A stretch of DNA of 61,523 nucleotides. Source: an uncultured Desulfobulbia bacterium (lineage in GTDB: Bacteria; Desulfobacterota; Desulfobulbia; Desulfobulbales; VMSU01). The notes under the pieces were generated by a model, which worked only from the letters and a program-made list of their open reading frames with translations, had not been told where the DNA came from and did no database searches. The position numbers and the translations under genes were made by a program. The DNA is taken from NCBI GenBank assembly GCA_964439085.1, contig CAYTNB010000002.1, positions 1 through 61,523 on the forward strand, read 5' to 3'. This document shows, one piece after another, positions 61,202 through 61,523 of this stretch; the stretch's first letter is position 1; every line of letters begins with the position of its first letter.

Positions 61202-61311
61202 TAGTAACTTACAGATTGTTTTTTCGGAGTCTGCGCTTACCTGTTTTTTAGAAAATAATTTATAAGGTACTAGGTAAGCGTAGACTCCGATACCCCCTCT
61301 TGGGGTGTTAG
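61202..61311 (+). repeat. Family B copy B9
   Basis: Full-length match. Confidence 0.9.
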
Positions 61312-61338
61312 TAACTATTCAGCTAAGAGATATAAAAT

Positions 61339-61523
61339 ATGACTAGAGTTATTATTGCCGGAGCAGCCGGTCGGATGGGGCGAAGAATTGTCTGTATGGT
61401 AAACGAGCATAAAGATCTGCAGGTTGTGGGCGGCTTTGAGCGGCCCGGCTCTCCTGAGATTGGCCAGGATTTAGGTGAGATTGGCGGTTACGGCCAGTCC
61501 GGTATCAAAATTGTTGACGATCC
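61339..61523 (+). CDS. dapB: 4-hydroxy-tetrahydrodipicolinate reductase, 5' part
   Basis: MTRVIIAGAAGRMGRRI Rossmann start, follows dapA; truncated by the window. Confidence 0.9.
   Translation, partial: MTRVIIAGAAGRMGRRIVCMVNEHKDLQVVGGFERPGSPEIGQDLGEIGGYGQSGIKIVDD

Noticed and set aside
2843-61311. Repeats as a CRISPR array or integron attC set
   Set aside because: Dispersed, no regular repeat-spacer period, no cas or integrase, and they separate core genes.

Overview
Core-chromosome segment of a deltaproteobacterial (Desulfobacterota, most like Desulfobulbales) genome, probably origin-proximal (parA-parB plus a perfect parS). Housekeeping genes dominate: serS, moeA, HIT, YhaO/YhaN-like nuclease-ATPase, DHH-CBS tRNA nucleotidyltransferase, porin cluster, pyrK/D, pyrB/C, tRNA-Leu(CAA), lsrF, dnaG-rpoD, dprA-topA, lepB, pilMNOP with an apparently split secretin, argBDFGH and lysA-dapFAB. 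No transposase, integrase or CRISPR array is visible. The striking feature is non-coding: most large intergenic spacers hold non-autonomous repeats from at least 7 families. Several have clear target-site duplications, they nest reciprocally in each other, and two unrelated families share one internal-loop motif in different stems. A 16-28 bp micro-module (GGTAAGC-variable-GACTCCG, about 20 copies) sits without duplication inside several repeat families, with matching empty sites in the same window. All calls are by eye; no database searches were run.
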